From Acidobacteriota bacterium (GTDB lineage Bacteria > Acidobacteriota > UBA6911 > RPQK01 > JAJDTT01): a DNA stretch of 64,000 nucleotides. Location: assembly GCA_965217775.1 (NCBI GenBank), contig CBDCJH010000002.1, forward strand, positions 2,240,001 to 2,304,000. Reading direction: 5' to 3'. A model generated the notes under the pieces. It searched no databases, had not been told where the DNA came from, and worked only from the letters and a program-made list of their open reading frames with translations. A program made the translations under genes and the position numbers. Numbering within the stretch: position 1 is the first letter of the stretch; each line of letters starts with the position of its first letter. Positions 29,556-39,855 of the stretch are shown here, piece by piece.

Positions 29556-31277
29556 ATGGCGAAAAAATCGGGCCCAAATGCGGCGCGCGAATCTCGGCCG
29601 CCCCGGTCATTGGACTTCCTCCGGGCGATCCTCGAGGACGACCGGAAGACCGGTCGCTTTCAGGGCCGGGTCCGAACCCGATTCCCTCCCGAGCCCAACG
29701 GATACCTCCACATCGGGCACGCCAAGGCCATCTGTCTGGACTTCGGATTGGCCGAAGAGTACGGCGGTCTCTGCAACATGCGCTTCGACGACACCAATCC
29801 CACCAAGGAGGAGCGGGAGTACATGGTGAGCATCCTCGAAGACGTGCGCTGGCTCGGCTTCGATTGGGACGACCGCCTCTACCACGCCTCGGACTATTTC
29901 GAGCAGCTATACGAATACGCCCTTCAGCTCATTCGAGCCGGAAAGGCGTATGTGGACAGCCTCAGCGCCACTCAGATCCGGGAATACCGGGGCACCCTCA
30001 CCGAACCGGGCCGCAACAGCCCTTATCGGGAACGGTCGGTGGAGGAGAACCTGGATCTGTTCGAACGAATGAGAATGGGAGAGTACCCCAACGGCACCCA
30101 CGTCCTCCGGGCCCGCATCGACATGGCCTCAGGCAACCTGAACCTTCGAGATCCGGTCATGTACCGGATCCTCCATGCCTCCCACCCGCGTACGGAAGAC
30201 AAGTGGTGCATCTACCCCACCTACGACTTCGCCCACGGCCAGTCCGACTCCATCGAGAGGGTCACCCATTCCATCTGCACCCTGGAGTTCGAAGATCATC
30301 GGCCACTGTACGACTGGTTCCTGGAGCATCTGGGCATCTATCGCTCCCAGCAGATCGAGTTCGCTCGTCTCAACATCACCAAGACCATCTTGAGCAAGCG
30401 AAGACTATCCCGCTTGGTAAAGGAGGGTCACGTCAACGGCTGGAACGATCCCCGTATGCCGACGCTTTCGGGGATGCGCCGGCGGGGTTACACGGCGGAG
30501 GCGATCCGGGACTTTTGCGCCCGGGTCGGCGTCTCCAAGAAAGACAGCGTGGTGGAGGCGCAGATGTTGGAGCACAGCCTCCGCCAACACCTGAACCAGA
30601 CTTCTCCCCGGGTCATGGGGGTGCTTCGTCCACTCCGGGTGGTCATCGAAAACTATCCCCGGGACCAGGTGGAGGAACTGACGGCCATCAACAATCCCGA
30701 GTGTCCCGAGGCGGGCGTCCGAAAGGTCCCCTTTTCCCGAGTTCTCTACCTGGAGCGGGAGGACTTCATGGAGAACCCGCCCCGCAGGTTCTTTCGGCTG
30801 GCGCCCGGACGCGAGGTCCGCCTGCGCTACGCCTACTTCATCACCTGCGTCGGAGTCGTCAAGGACGAAGCGGGACGAGTCGTGGAGTTGCGCTGCACCT
30901 ACGATCCGGCCACGCGGGGAGGAGACGCGCCGGACGGGCGCCGGGTCAAGGCCACCCTGCACTGGGTCTCCGCCGCCCACGCCCTGAGCGCCCAGGTCCG
31001 TCTCTACGACAGCCTGTTCACCAAGGACAATCCCAACGACACCGGTGACGGATCGGACTTCATCTCGAATCTCAATCCCGACTCTCTAAAGGTGCTCGAA
31101 GACTGCAAACTGGAGCCCAGTCTCGCGAGCGCCCAAGGCGGCCAACGGGTCCAGTTCGAACGCCTGGGCTATTTCTGCGTGGATTCGGAGGACTCGTTGC
31201 CGGACCGGCTCGTCTTCAACCGCACCGTGACCCTGCGGGACGCCTGGGCCAAGATCCGGAAATCCCGGAAAAAATAG
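29556..31277 (+). CDS. glnS: Glutamine--tRNA ligase
   Basis: [18 protein letters not shown]; RFDDTNP; THSICTLEF; LSKR; WNDPRMPT; QFERLGYF. Confidence 0.97.
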   Translation: MAKKSGPNAARESRPPRSLDFLRAILEDDRKTGRFQGRVRTRFPPEPNGYLHIGHAKAICLDFGLAEEYGGLCNMRFDDTNPTKEEREYMVSILEDVRWLGFDWDDRLYHASDYFEQLYEYALQLIRAGKAYVDSLSATQIREYRGTLTEPGRNSPYRERSVEENLDLFERMRMGEYPNGTHVLRARIDMASGNLNLRDPVMYRILHASHPRTEDKWCIYPTYDFAHGQSDSIERVTHSICTLEFEDHRPLYDWFLEHLGIYRSQQIEFARLNITKTILSKRRLSRLVKEGHVNGWNDPRMPTLSGMRRRGYTAEAIRDFCARVGVSKKDSVVEAQMLEHSLRQHLNQTSPRVMGVLRPLRVVIENYPRDQVEELTAINNPECPEAGVRKVPFSRVLYLEREDFMENPPRRFFRLAPGREVRLRYAYFITCVGVVKDEAGRVVELRCTYDPATRGGDAPDGRRVKATLHWVSAAHALSAQVRLYDSLFTKDNPNDTGDGSDFISNLNPDSLKVLEDCKLEPSLASAQGGQRVQFERLGYFCVDSEDSLPDRLVFNRTVTLRDAWAKIRKSRKK

Positions 31278-31326
31278 TTTGGGAACTGCGCAGCGACCGG
31301 CTATTGCCCGGCCAGGCAAGTCAAGC

Positions 31327-31512
31327 CTAGCAATAGAGGCAGCGGATGTCTTCGAAGACCGTCGATTCGTCGGCCTCGGTCAGCACGTAGTCGATGACGA
31401 CCCGCAGAGCCTTGTCCTGATCTCCCAGATCGTACTTGTCGGCCATCTGCTTGAGCCAATCCACGTGATTCGGATTCAACTGATAAATCGCTTCGACCTT
31501 GGGTCCAGCCAT
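31327..31512 (-). CDS. Small RHH-like protein ending in CxxC
   Basis: 61 aa; AGGAGG RBS; DKALRVVIDY; C-terminal RCLYC. Confidence 0.65.
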   Translation of the reverse strand: MAGPKVEAIYQLNPNHVDWLKQMADKYDLGDQDKALRVVIDYVLTEADESTVFEDIRCLYC

Positions 31513-31583
31513 CAGGGCGTCCTCCTGAAATATTCCAACAACCAGCTACATAAACCGCCGCGAACGATGGCGACAGGAGGCCG

Positions 31584-32081
31584 CTACCATTCGCCGTGCT
31601 TGTATCGTTTGGCCCAATCGACCCCTTGCCAGCTCATGAGCTTGCGGGGCCGGACGAAAAACAGCCATCTGGGCTCGTTCAGAGTCGGAACCAGGTAGTC
31701 CGGGCCCCGGTGTCCCAGATAGCGTAACGACATTCTGCGGGCGATCCCGACCCATCTTCCACCCACGTTGGGCTCCTCCAGGACCTCGGCCTCGCCCCGG
31801 ACCAGGACCCTTCGATTGTACCGGGTGGAATCGTCGATGCACAGAAACACCCGGGGCTCGCGCTGAATGTGCCTGGCCCAGGCGGAACGGGCTCGCGGAA
31901 TGATGTAGAAGCCTCCATCCTGGTACTCGAACCAACAGGGCACCACGTAGGGCCATCCCTCCCGGTCCAGACAGCCGAGCCGGCAAATGGGGTCTCCGGA
32001 AAGGAATTCCTGCAGTTCCTGCGGGGACAGCTTCCCCACCCTCCCCCGCCAGCTCCGGTCTTCGTCCGACTCTCGAACCAT
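31584..32081 (-). CDS. Pyridoxamine 5'-phosphate oxidase family (split-barrel flavin/F420) protein
   Basis: ELQEFL..CRLGCLDREGWPYVVPCWF; PRVFLCID; VRGEA. Confidence 0.8.
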   Translation of the reverse strand: MVRESDEDRSWRGRVGKLSPQELQEFLSGDPICRLGCLDREGWPYVVPCWFEYQDGGFYIIPRARSAWARHIQREPRVFLCIDDSTRYNRRVLVRGEAEVLEEPNVGGRWVGIARRMSLRYLGHRGPDYLVPTLNEPRWLFFVRPRKLMSWQGVDWAKRYKHGEW

Positions 32082-32230
32082 CGCCGGATCACCATAGCCC
32101 AGTCGGCGGCGCCTCACAAGGGCGTCGCCGGTCGCTGGAACGCAACGGTTTCGCTCGTCCCGCACCGCCTCGAAATCGGGGGTGGCCAAGTTCGCATCCG
32201 CTGATCTTTGACGGTATCCTTCTCTTCATC

Positions 32231-33088
32231 ATGGGGCTGACGACTTCCGCGGCACCGGAGTATCTGGAGGGGTCCACCGTCGAGGTGCTCCAGGACGTTT
32301 CCCGCACCCAGCCCCCCCGTTGTGCCCTTTTCGACTTCGACGGCACCCTCAGCCTGATCCGAGAAGGTTGGCCCCAGATCATGATCCCCATGATGGTGGA
32401 CATCCTGAAGCAGAGCGGCAGCGGCGAGAGCGATGAGGAGTTGGAGCGTGTGGTCACCGACTTCGTCACCGAGCTGACGGGCCGGCAGACCATCTACCAG
32501 ATGATCCGACTGGCGGAGGAACTGGAAAAAAGAGGGGGAACACCTGCTGATCCGCAGGAATACAAGAGCCGCTATCTGGACCTCCTGATGGAGAAGATCC
32601 GGCACCGGCGCCGGCGCCTGCGCACCGGCAAGGCCCTCCGCGCCGACTACCTGGTTCCGGGATCGGTCCGGATGCTGCGCGCCCTCCGGGAGCGGGGCGT
32701 CCAGCTCTACCTGGCCAGCGGCACCGACGAGCAGTACGTCCGGGAAGAAGCACGCCTCCTGGAGCTGGACGGATTCTTCGGAAGCCATATCTACGGCGCC
32801 CGGGAAGACTACGCGAACCACTCCAAGCGAAGGGTCATCGAACGAATCCTGCGGGAGAACCGGATCGACGGCGCCTCTCTGGTGGGGTTCGGGGACGGTT
32901 ACGTGGAGATCGAAAACGTGAAATCGTGCGGCGGAATCGCCGTTGCCCTGGCCACCGACGAAGCTCATCCCGGCGGGGCTCCCGACCCCTGGAAACGAAC
33001 CCGGTTGAGCGCGGCGGGCGCCGACCTGTTGGTTCCCGACTTCCGGGACTGGAGGGTCCTCATCCGCTGCCTGTTCCCGCGAGTGTGA
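32231..33088 (+). CDS. HAD-family hydrolase
   Basis: FDFDGTLS; LASGTD; FGDGYVE. Confidence 0.85.
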   Translation: MGLTTSAAPEYLEGSTVEVLQDVSRTQPPRCALFDFDGTLSLIREGWPQIMIPMMVDILKQSGSGESDEELERVVTDFVTELTGRQTIYQMIRLAEELEKRGGTPADPQEYKSRYLDLLMEKIRHRRRRLRTGKALRADYLVPGSVRMLRALRERGVQLYLASGTDEQYVREEARLLELDGFFGSHIYGAREDYANHSKRRVIERILRENRIDGASLVGFGDGYVEIENVKSCGGIAVALATDEAHPGGAPDPWKRTRLSAAGADLLVPDFRDWRVLIRCLFPRV

Positions 33089-33091
33089 AGA

Positions 33092-34096
33092 TTGCCCTTC
33101 CCCCAGTTCGACCGCAGCCGCCTGCGCCTTCTGCCCCTGAGCCGGCGGTCCCACGACCTGAAGGCGGAGGACGTGTTGAAGACCCCGGGAGGGAGTCGGG
33201 AGCCTTTCCGGCATCCGGCACTGCCCACACTGGCCCGGCGCATGGTGGACGCCTCGCGGGCGGGCCGGTCCGTCATCTTCGCCTGCGGCGCCCATGTCCT
33301 GCGGGAAGGCAACGCCCCGTTGCTCATCGATCTCATGGAGCGGGGAGTCCTCGGCCACCTGGCCCTCAACGGCGCGGGAGCCATTCACGATTTCGAGCTG
33401 GCGCTGGTGGGCGAGACCTGCGAGAGCGTTGCGCGCTACGTCGCCGAAGGACAGTTCGGACTCTGGCGGGAGACCGGACGCATCAACGAGGCCGCTTCGG
33501 CCGCGGTCCGCGACGGGATCGGCCTGGGGGAGGCGGTCGGCCGGATGATCCAGGAGGAGTCCTTTCCCTATCGGCGCGAGAGCGTCCTGGCCGCGGCCTA
33601 CCGGCTGCAGATCCCGGTTACGGTCCACGTCTCCATCGGCCAGGACATCATCCACCAGCACCCGGGATTCGACGGAGCCGCCACCGGGGCCGCCTCCTAT
33701 ACCGACTTCCTGATCTTCACCGAGTCGGTGACCCGCCTCGAGGGTGGAGTTTTTCTCAATATCGGGTCGGCCGTCATGGGACCCGAGATCTACCTGAAGG
33801 CCCTGGCCATGGCTCGCAACGTGGCTCACCGGGAAGGCCGGCGTATCGCCCACTTCACCACTGCCGTCTTCGACCTGGTTCCTCTGGGAGACACCTCCCG
33901 GGAGGCCGACAAGTCGGATGCCCGATACTATTTCCGGCCCTTCAAGACCATCCTGGTGCGCACCGTGGCCGACGGCGGCGAGAGCTACTACGTCCAGGGG
34001 AACCACGCAGCCACGGTACCTGCCCTCTACGATCTGGTCCTCGCCCGGCTTCAGGCAAGGGAGCTCTCCGCAGGCGATCCTTCACCGGACTCATGA
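33092..34096 (+). CDS. Deoxyhypusine synthase-like NAD-binding-fold protein (GSU2086-like)
   Basis: GAHVLREG; NGAGAIHDFELA; GQFGLWRETG; GLGEAVG; PVTVHVSIGQDIIH; GSAVMGPEIYLKA. Confidence 0.7.
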   Translation: MPFPQFDRSRLRLLPLSRRSHDLKAEDVLKTPGGSREPFRHPALPTLARRMVDASRAGRSVIFACGAHVLREGNAPLLIDLMERGVLGHLALNGAGAIHDFELALVGETCESVARYVAEGQFGLWRETGRINEAASAAVRDGIGLGEAVGRMIQEESFPYRRESVLAAAYRLQIPVTVHVSIGQDIIHQHPGFDGAATGAASYTDFLIFTESVTRLEGGVFLNIGSAVMGPEIYLKALAMARNVAHREGRRIAHFTTAVFDLVPLGDTSREADKSDARYYFRPFKTILVRTVADGGESYYVQGNHAATVPALYDLVLARLQARELSAGDPSPDS

Positions 34097-35154
34097 AGAG
34101 ATCGAGACTGGAAGAATTGACGGGCCGGTTCCCCTCCTGCCGGATCGCGGTCTTGGGGGATTTCTTTCTGGACCAGTATCTGGACGTCGATCCGGCCCTG
34201 GAGGAGAGGAGTCTGGAGACCGGAAAGAGAGCCCACCAGGTCGCCGCCGTACGCTCCAGTCCCGGCGCCGCCGGAACGGTGGTAAACAACCTGGTCTCGC
34301 TGGGCTGCGGCCAAGTCCACGCTCTGGGAATCATCGGAGATGACGGCCACGGATTCGAGTTGCGACAATATCTGGACCGGATCGGCTGCACGACCCGGGG
34401 ATTGCGGCGCCGGAAGGCATACCTGACTCCCACCTACCTGAAGCCGAGGGACCTGTTCCGGACGGGACTTTCCGGAGAGCACGAGCGCTATGACATCCGG
34501 ACCCGAGCCCCCACCTCCCCGGATCTCCTTCAGGAGATGTTGGCCGACCTGGAAGGTTTGCTGGATCGCGTCGACGCGGTCATCATCGAGGATCAGGTGG
34601 AAGAACCGGATTTGGGCGTCGTGACCGAAAGGGTCCGCGACGGCTTGGCGGATCTGGCCCGTCGTCACCCTCGGGTCGTCTTCTGGGCCGACAGCCGGGC
34701 CCAGATCCACCGCTTCCGCCGGATGATCCTGAAGCCGAACCAGTTCGAGGCGGTGCGGCGTTCCACCCCCGGACCCGGAGAGAAGGTCCCGGTCGAATCC
34801 ATCCGGCGGATCCTGCCCCGGTTCCGGGCGAGGGTCTCCGCTCCCATATGCGTGACCTTGGGTGATGCGGGAGCCCTGGTGACCGACCCGGAGATGGCGC
34901 GGGTGCCGGCCGTCCAAGTGGAAGGGCCGCTGGACGTGACCGGAGCGGGCGACAGCTTCACCGCCGGCGCGGTGTTGGCGCTGTGCAGCGGGGCGAGCCT
35001 CCCGGAATCCGCCCTGGTGGGCAATCTGGCGGCTTCGGTCACGATTCGGCAACTGTCCGTGACCGGCACGGCGACGCGCCGTCAACTGTCCCGGCGGCTG
35101 TCGCTCTGGAAGAAACAGAACGAGGAGCAATTTATGTCGGGGCGGCCCTTGTGA
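34093..35154 (+). CDS. PfkB carbohydrate kinase, HldE/RfaE kinase-like
   Basis: VLGDFFLDQY; PGAAGTV; KPNQFE; DVTGAGDSF. ATGA overlap at 34093. Confidence 0.82.
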   Translation: MKRSRLEELTGRFPSCRIAVLGDFFLDQYLDVDPALEERSLETGKRAHQVAAVRSSPGAAGTVVNNLVSLGCGQVHALGIIGDDGHGFELRQYLDRIGCTTRGLRRRKAYLTPTYLKPRDLFRTGLSGEHERYDIRTRAPTSPDLLQEMLADLEGLLDRVDAVIIEDQVEEPDLGVVTERVRDGLADLARRHPRVVFWADSRAQIHRFRRMILKPNQFEAVRRSTPGPGEKVPVESIRRILPRFRARVSAPICVTLGDAGALVTDPEMARVPAVQVEGPLDVTGAGDSFTAGAVLALCSGASLPESALVGNLAASVTIRQLSVTGTATRRQLSRRLSLWKKQNEEQFMSGRPL

Positions 35155-35242
35155 CCGTCCTGCCCCGCTTTCGGCCGGGATGCAGCACCGGTCGAGTTCG
35201 CAGGCGGCGATTGCCGCAGGCTGCTGGCAGGAGAGCACGACC

Positions 35243-36406
35243 ATGATCCTGAAGACACTGGAATTTCTCGACCCCCTTTGGCTGGGACTGGCCCTGGTGA
35301 TCCTGACCGGACTGACCAGTTGCGCATCCCCTCCGAAAAAGCCGGCGCCCGCACCCCGGTTGCTGGTCCTGAAGAATGGACTTTCCCAGGTCACGCTGGA
35401 CCGCTGGGGCGGCGGTATCATCGACATCCACTTCCTGGACCACGCGGTCAATCCGCTGAGCTGGCGGGCCACGGAGGACATCGAACCGTTGAACCCGGAC
35501 GAACCGAACCTGCAGGGGCATTTCATCTGCTTTGATCGCTGGGGCGCCCCATCTCCGGCCGAGGAGAAGATGGGGATGCCCTACCACGGCGAAGCCCCGC
35601 GGGTGGTCTGGGAACGGCTCGGCCCTGGCGCAGATGAACCCTCGGACCACGGGCTCCGCATGGGGTGCACCCTTCCCTTGGCGGGTATGGAAGTGACGCG
35701 TACCGTCCGGCTCCAGGAGAAGGAGGCGTCCCTCACGGTGACTGAACAAGTCACCAACGTCCGGGCGGCGGGACGCGTCTACAACCTGGTGCAACATCCC
35801 AGCATCGCCCCTCCCTTCCTGGACGACACCACGATCGTGGACTGCAACGCCTCCCATGGGTTGGTCCAGGAAGAACCGGTGCCCCAATCGACGGACGACG
35901 CCGACCACTGGCCTCGGATCTCCATTGGAGGGACGCCGGCGAACCTTCGTTTCTTCCGCGGCACCGAGGATGGCGCCTCGGGACACGACGTCACCGCGTT
36001 CATCTTCGATCCCGGAGTCGAGTACGGCTGGGTGACGGCCGCGACACCTTCGGCCGGCCTTCTGGTGGGGTATCTCTGGAAGATCTCCGAGTACCCTTGG
36101 CTCAACATGTGGCGTTACCGGCAGCAGGGAAAAGTGAGCGCCCGCGGGCTCGAGTTCGGGACGACGGGGATCCACCAGCCGTTCCCGACCCTGCTCCAGT
36201 TGGGAAAAGTGCTGGACCGAGGAGTCTACGAGTACCTGGATGCGGGGGAGACGGACACCCGGAGCTACATCCTGTTTCTGGCGCGGGTCCCGCACGATTT
36301 CCAAGGCGTGGAGTCCGCCGAATACGATGGCGCCCAACTCCGCATCCGGGAGCGTCGCGATGACCAACCCAGAAGCCTGACCGTCGAGGTAGGGGCCCTG
36401 CCCTGA
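35243..36406 (+). CDS. Putative lipoprotein with aldose-epimerase/galactose-mutarotase-like fold
   Basis: LTSC lipobox; GHFICFDRWG; MPYHGE; VQHP; YPWLNMWR; GLEFGTT. Confidence 0.55.
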   Translation: MILKTLEFLDPLWLGLALVILTGLTSCASPPKKPAPAPRLLVLKNGLSQVTLDRWGGGIIDIHFLDHAVNPLSWRATEDIEPLNPDEPNLQGHFICFDRWGAPSPAEEKMGMPYHGEAPRVVWERLGPGADEPSDHGLRMGCTLPLAGMEVTRTVRLQEKEASLTVTEQVTNVRAAGRVYNLVQHPSIAPPFLDDTTIVDCNASHGLVQEEPVPQSTDDADHWPRISIGGTPANLRFFRGTEDGASGHDVTAFIFDPGVEYGWVTAATPSAGLLVGYLWKISEYPWLNMWRYRQQGKVSARGLEFGTTGIHQPFPTLLQLGKVLDRGVYEYLDAGETDTRSYILFLARVPHDFQGVESAEYDGAQLRIRERRDDQPRSLTVEVGALP

Positions 36407-36451
36407 CCGTCCATGGCCTGATCGACTGACTCGGAAGAAGGAGAGGAATCG

Positions 36452-37720
36452 ATGAAAAGGATGTTCGGCCATCCCCGGCTCAGCCTGATGATGTTCCTGC
36501 AGTACGCCATCTGGGGGGCCTGGGCTCCGGCCCTGGCCGGGTACCTGGAAGCGCAATTGGGGTTCTCGGGATGGGGGTTGGGGCTGATCTACGCTGCTTT
36601 TCCTTTGGCCAACCTGGTGGCTCCCTTCACCGGAGGCCAAGTGGCGGACCGCTGGCTTCCGACCCAGGTGGCGCTGGCCATCTTTCATCTGCTGGGCGCC
36701 GGATTCCTGCTCTGGATGGCCTACAGCGAGACCCTGAGCGCCATGTTGATCCTGATGCTCCTGTACTGCCTGGTCTTCGCGCCCACCCTGGCCCTGACCA
36801 ATGCCCTGGCCTTTCAGCATCTGGCCGACGGACAGCGGGACTTCGGACCCATCCGGGTCTGGGGCACATTGGGTTGGATCGGCGCCAACTGGGCCCTGAC
36901 CGGGATGCGGGTCCTGTTCGACACCGAGTCGGCCGGCTACATCGACACCTTCGTCCTGGCGGCCGGTTTTTCCCTGATCCTGGGCCTCTTCTCCCTGGCG
37001 CTTCCCCACACGCCTCCCTCCCGGGAGGCTTCGGATCCCCTGGCCTTCAGGAAATCGTTCGGGCTGCTCAAGGACCGGAACTACCTCAGCTTCTTCATCA
37101 TCGCTTTCGTGGTGGCCACCGAGCTCCAGCTCTACTACATCCTCACCTTCCCCTATCTCCAGACCATCGGTCCCGCGGTGGGCATCACCTCCGAGAATCT
37201 GCCCGCCTGGATGACCATCGGACAGATCGCCGAGATCTTCACCATGGCGTTGATCCTCCCCTACGCCCTCTCCCGCTGGGGGGTGCGGGTCTCCATGCTG
37301 GTGGGCATCCTGGCCTGGCCCGTCCGGTATGTCATCTTCGCGGCCGCCTGGCCGCTGTACGAGAGCGCTCCGGTGCTGGTCTGGGTCGTCGTGGGATCAC
37401 TGAGCCTGCACGGTTTCTGCTACGTCTTCTTCTTCGTGGTGGCGTTCATCTACACGGACATGGTGGCGCCGGCCGACATCCGCGCTTCCGCCCAGTCGCT
37501 GATCAACGTGGCGGTCCTGGGCATCGGACTGTTCATCGGGAGCCTGTTCTCGGGCTGGCTCAAGGAGGTGGCCACGGTGGGTGAAACGACTCGTTACGAT
37601 GTCGTCTTCGCCGTCCCCGCGGTCATTACGGCCCTCTGCGCACTCGTTTTCTGGCGAGTCTTCCGGGAGCCGGGGACGGGTCCCGGATCGGGCGCCCGTT
37701 CGGAAAGAATCGCCGCCTGA
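36452..37720 (+). CDS. MFS nucleoside:H+ symporter (NupG/XapB-like)
   Basis: LSLMMFLQYAIWGAW; QVADR; IRVWGTLGWI; LPHTPP; GQIAE; LHGFCYVFFFV; RASAQ. Confidence 0.85.
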   Translation: MKRMFGHPRLSLMMFLQYAIWGAWAPALAGYLEAQLGFSGWGLGLIYAAFPLANLVAPFTGGQVADRWLPTQVALAIFHLLGAGFLLWMAYSETLSAMLILMLLYCLVFAPTLALTNALAFQHLADGQRDFGPIRVWGTLGWIGANWALTGMRVLFDTESAGYIDTFVLAAGFSLILGLFSLALPHTPPSREASDPLAFRKSFGLLKDRNYLSFFIIAFVVATELQLYYILTFPYLQTIGPAVGITSENLPAWMTIGQIAEIFTMALILPYALSRWGVRVSMLVGILAWPVRYVIFAAAWPLYESAPVLVWVVVGSLSLHGFCYVFFFVVAFIYTDMVAPADIRASAQSLINVAVLGIGLFIGSLFSGWLKEVATVGETTRYDVVFAVPAVITALCALVFWRVFREPGTGPGSGARSERIAA

Positions 37721-37832
37721 GGAGCGGCGGTTTCCAACCGCCGAAAAGGAGCGGCGGTTTCCAGCCGCCGAACTCCGAAATCGCGTCCATGAGCCCACCG
37801 GGGAAGGAATGGGCGATTGGAAATCGCCCCTC
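37721..37832. repeat. Cluster of three REP-like palindromes between convergent genes
   Basis: GGAGCGGCGGTTTCCAACCGCC at 37721, GGAGCGGCGGTTTCCAGCCGCC at 37748, and an inverted variant GGGCGATTGGAAATCGCCCTCC at 37811-37832. Confidence 0.75.
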
Positions 37833-37840
37833 CAGGCAGC

Positions 37841-39796
37841 CTACCCGCCGATCCCGGCCAGCGTTACGGTGAGCCAGATCAAGCCTCCCACCGCCACCCA
37901 GGCCAGACCGAATCCGACCAGCCCCACCACGCCCGGACGGGGAATCTCCAGTCCGGCCGCCGAGAACAGCTTTTCGGTCTCGGCCGGCAACGGATTCTCC
38001 GGGAGGGTACAAGGCTCGTCGATCTTTTCGCCCTCCCGGACCGGAGTGTGGATGAGACGGAAGAAATGGTCCAGCTTGGCCCGGGCGACGGGCCGGGTCA
38101 GAAAGCTGGTGACCAGACCGGCCGCCGCGCCGAATGAGAGATAAATGAGAATCTGGTAGGGAAGGCGGGTCCGGTAGGCGACTTCGCCTCCCGCCCCCTG
38201 GACCACCTGCATGATTCCGGGAACCTGCTCGTAGAGCCAGCCCCGAACCAGGCCGGGAAGATAGTCGATGTTGAGCTGGAAGAACTGGGAGCTGCCCAGG
38301 GCGGCGATGGTCTCGAACGGATTGTGAGTCTGGGTCAGGTACCAGGCCAGAGCCGTGGCGATGGTGGAGGCCCAGACCGCCCTGGCCGTGTAGCCCCTCC
38401 ACGTGATACCGAACCAGAAGGCCAGGCCCATGAAGGTGGGGATGGGCTGGATGTAGCGGGTCAGGACCTGAATCACGTTGTCGAACTGGGTGAGCATCAG
38501 CAGCGCCAGGCAAACGATCCCCAGGCCGGTCAGGCGCCCGACCCACAGATAGTGACGCTCACTGCCGCGGGGACGGATGAAGCGCTTGTAGATGTTCTCG
38601 GTGAAGAGCCCGGACCCCACCACCATCTGGGCATCGCAGGTGCTCATCACCGCCGCCAGCAGTGCAGCCATGAGGAGTCCCACGAGGCCGACCGATATGG
38701 TGGGAAGAATGTCGTGGGCGGCCCGTCCGAAGACCTGGTTGGCGAAGGCGGCCAGCGCACCGGGATCGGCCTGGACCCGCTGGATCTCGGCGGCCGACAG
38801 GTACCCGTTCTCGGGCGTCAGGTAGATGATGATGCAAGCCAGCCCGGTGAAGGTCCAGGCGATGGTGCAGAACCGCTTGATGAAGTTGCCGACGGTGAAG
38901 CCGAACCGTCCCTCGAACTCGGTGCGTCCGGCGCCGCAGACCCCCATGATGTGGGGCTGGACCACGATTCCGATAAGCCCGGTGAGAGAGAGCATCACCA
39001 CATAGAAGAGGGTGATGGGCTCCTGCCCCATCAGGCTGCTGACTTCCTCCGTGACCGTGAGGCTCAACAGCTCGGAGCCGCTCCGGCCCGGAACGCCCTG
39101 GTGCAGCGCCGCGAATCCGCTGGAGGTTCCGGCGACCCGGGCCGCGGCGGTAAACGCGAAGGGGAGGAGCAGGAAGGAGAAGACGATGGTCAGGACGCCC
39201 TGGATGAAGTCGGTGATGATGGCGGCGCCCAGACCTCCGGCCATCCCGTAGAGGACGAAGAGCACCGTCATCCCGGCGACGGCATATTCCATTGGGAAAT
39301 AAGGCTTTCCCGTTGCCGGGTCGGTGCCTCCCGCAAGTCCTTCGATCATCTCGCCGCTGCCATACAGGGCGCCCGCCATGAAGACCACGGACATGACGAT
39401 CCCCAGGCACGAATAGAGCGTGGCGGTGGATGAATCGTAACGGGCCTGGAAGAAATCGCTGGTGGTCAAGGCCCGCATGCGGCGAAAGACGGGAGCGATG
39501 ATCCAGTAGAAGGGTGTGGCCCAGAGCCACAGAAACTGGTACCAGATCCCGGCCAGTCCGTAGCGGAAGGACCCGGCGGCGACGCTGAGGGCCTGCTCGC
39601 TGCTGGTTCCGACTCCGAAGGCGAAGAACATCATGAAGACCTTGCCGAAGCGGCGTCCCCCCATGAAGAAGTCGGTGAGATCCTTCACCTTCCGGTAGGA
39701 CCAGAATCCGATGAAGGAGACCGCCAGCAGGTAGACCATCAGGACGATCCAGTCCACCCAATGCAGTCCCAGCCAGATGGATTGAGTCAGGATCAT
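37841..39796 (-). CDS. Sodium:solute symporter family protein
   Basis: DFFMGGRRFG; AGGLGAAIITDFIQG; GLLMAALLAAVMST; about 13 TM helices. Confidence 0.88.
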   Translation of the reverse strand: MILTQSIWLGLHWVDWIVLMVYLLAVSFIGFWSYRKVKDLTDFFMGGRRFGKVFMMFFAFGVGTSSEQALSVAAGSFRYGLAGIWYQFLWLWATPFYWIIAPVFRRMRALTTSDFFQARYDSSTATLYSCLGIVMSVVFMAGALYGSGEMIEGLAGGTDPATGKPYFPMEYAVAGMTVLFVLYGMAGGLGAAIITDFIQGVLTIVFSFLLLPFAFTAAARVAGTSSGFAALHQGVPGRSGSELLSLTVTEEVSSLMGQEPITLFYVVMLSLTGLIGIVVQPHIMGVCGAGRTEFEGRFGFTVGNFIKRFCTIAWTFTGLACIIIYLTPENGYLSAAEIQRVQADPGALAAFANQVFGRAAHDILPTISVGLVGLLMAALLAAVMSTCDAQMVVGSGLFTENIYKRFIRPRGSERHYLWVGRLTGLGIVCLALLMLTQFDNVIQVLTRYIQPIPTFMGLAFWFGITWRGYTARAVWASTIATALAWYLTQTHNPFETIAALGSSQFFQLNIDYLPGLVRGWLYEQVPGIMQVVQGAGGEVAYRTRLPYQILIYLSFGAAAGLVTSFLTRPVARAKLDHFFRLIHTPVREGEKIDEPCTLPENPLPAETEKLFSAAGLEIPRPGVVGLVGFGLAWVAVGGLIWLTVTLAGIGG

Positions 39797-39855
39797 GCGC
39801 TTCTCTTCCCCTCGGTCCCCGGGAAGCAGGACCCGCACATCCTCTCAGAAAATGT

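Noticed and set aside
32926-34092. N-terminal extension of the PfkB ORF (also the extensions of mcrC from 26196, the cyclodeaminase to 7336 and the sulfatase from 40997)
   Set aside because: Low-complexity out-of-frame overlap with neighbouring genes; better internal starts exist.
37721-37772. Tandem 25-bp repeats as a mini-CRISPR
   Set aside because: Only a 2-bp gap between copies, no spacers and no cas genes; they fit REP elements.
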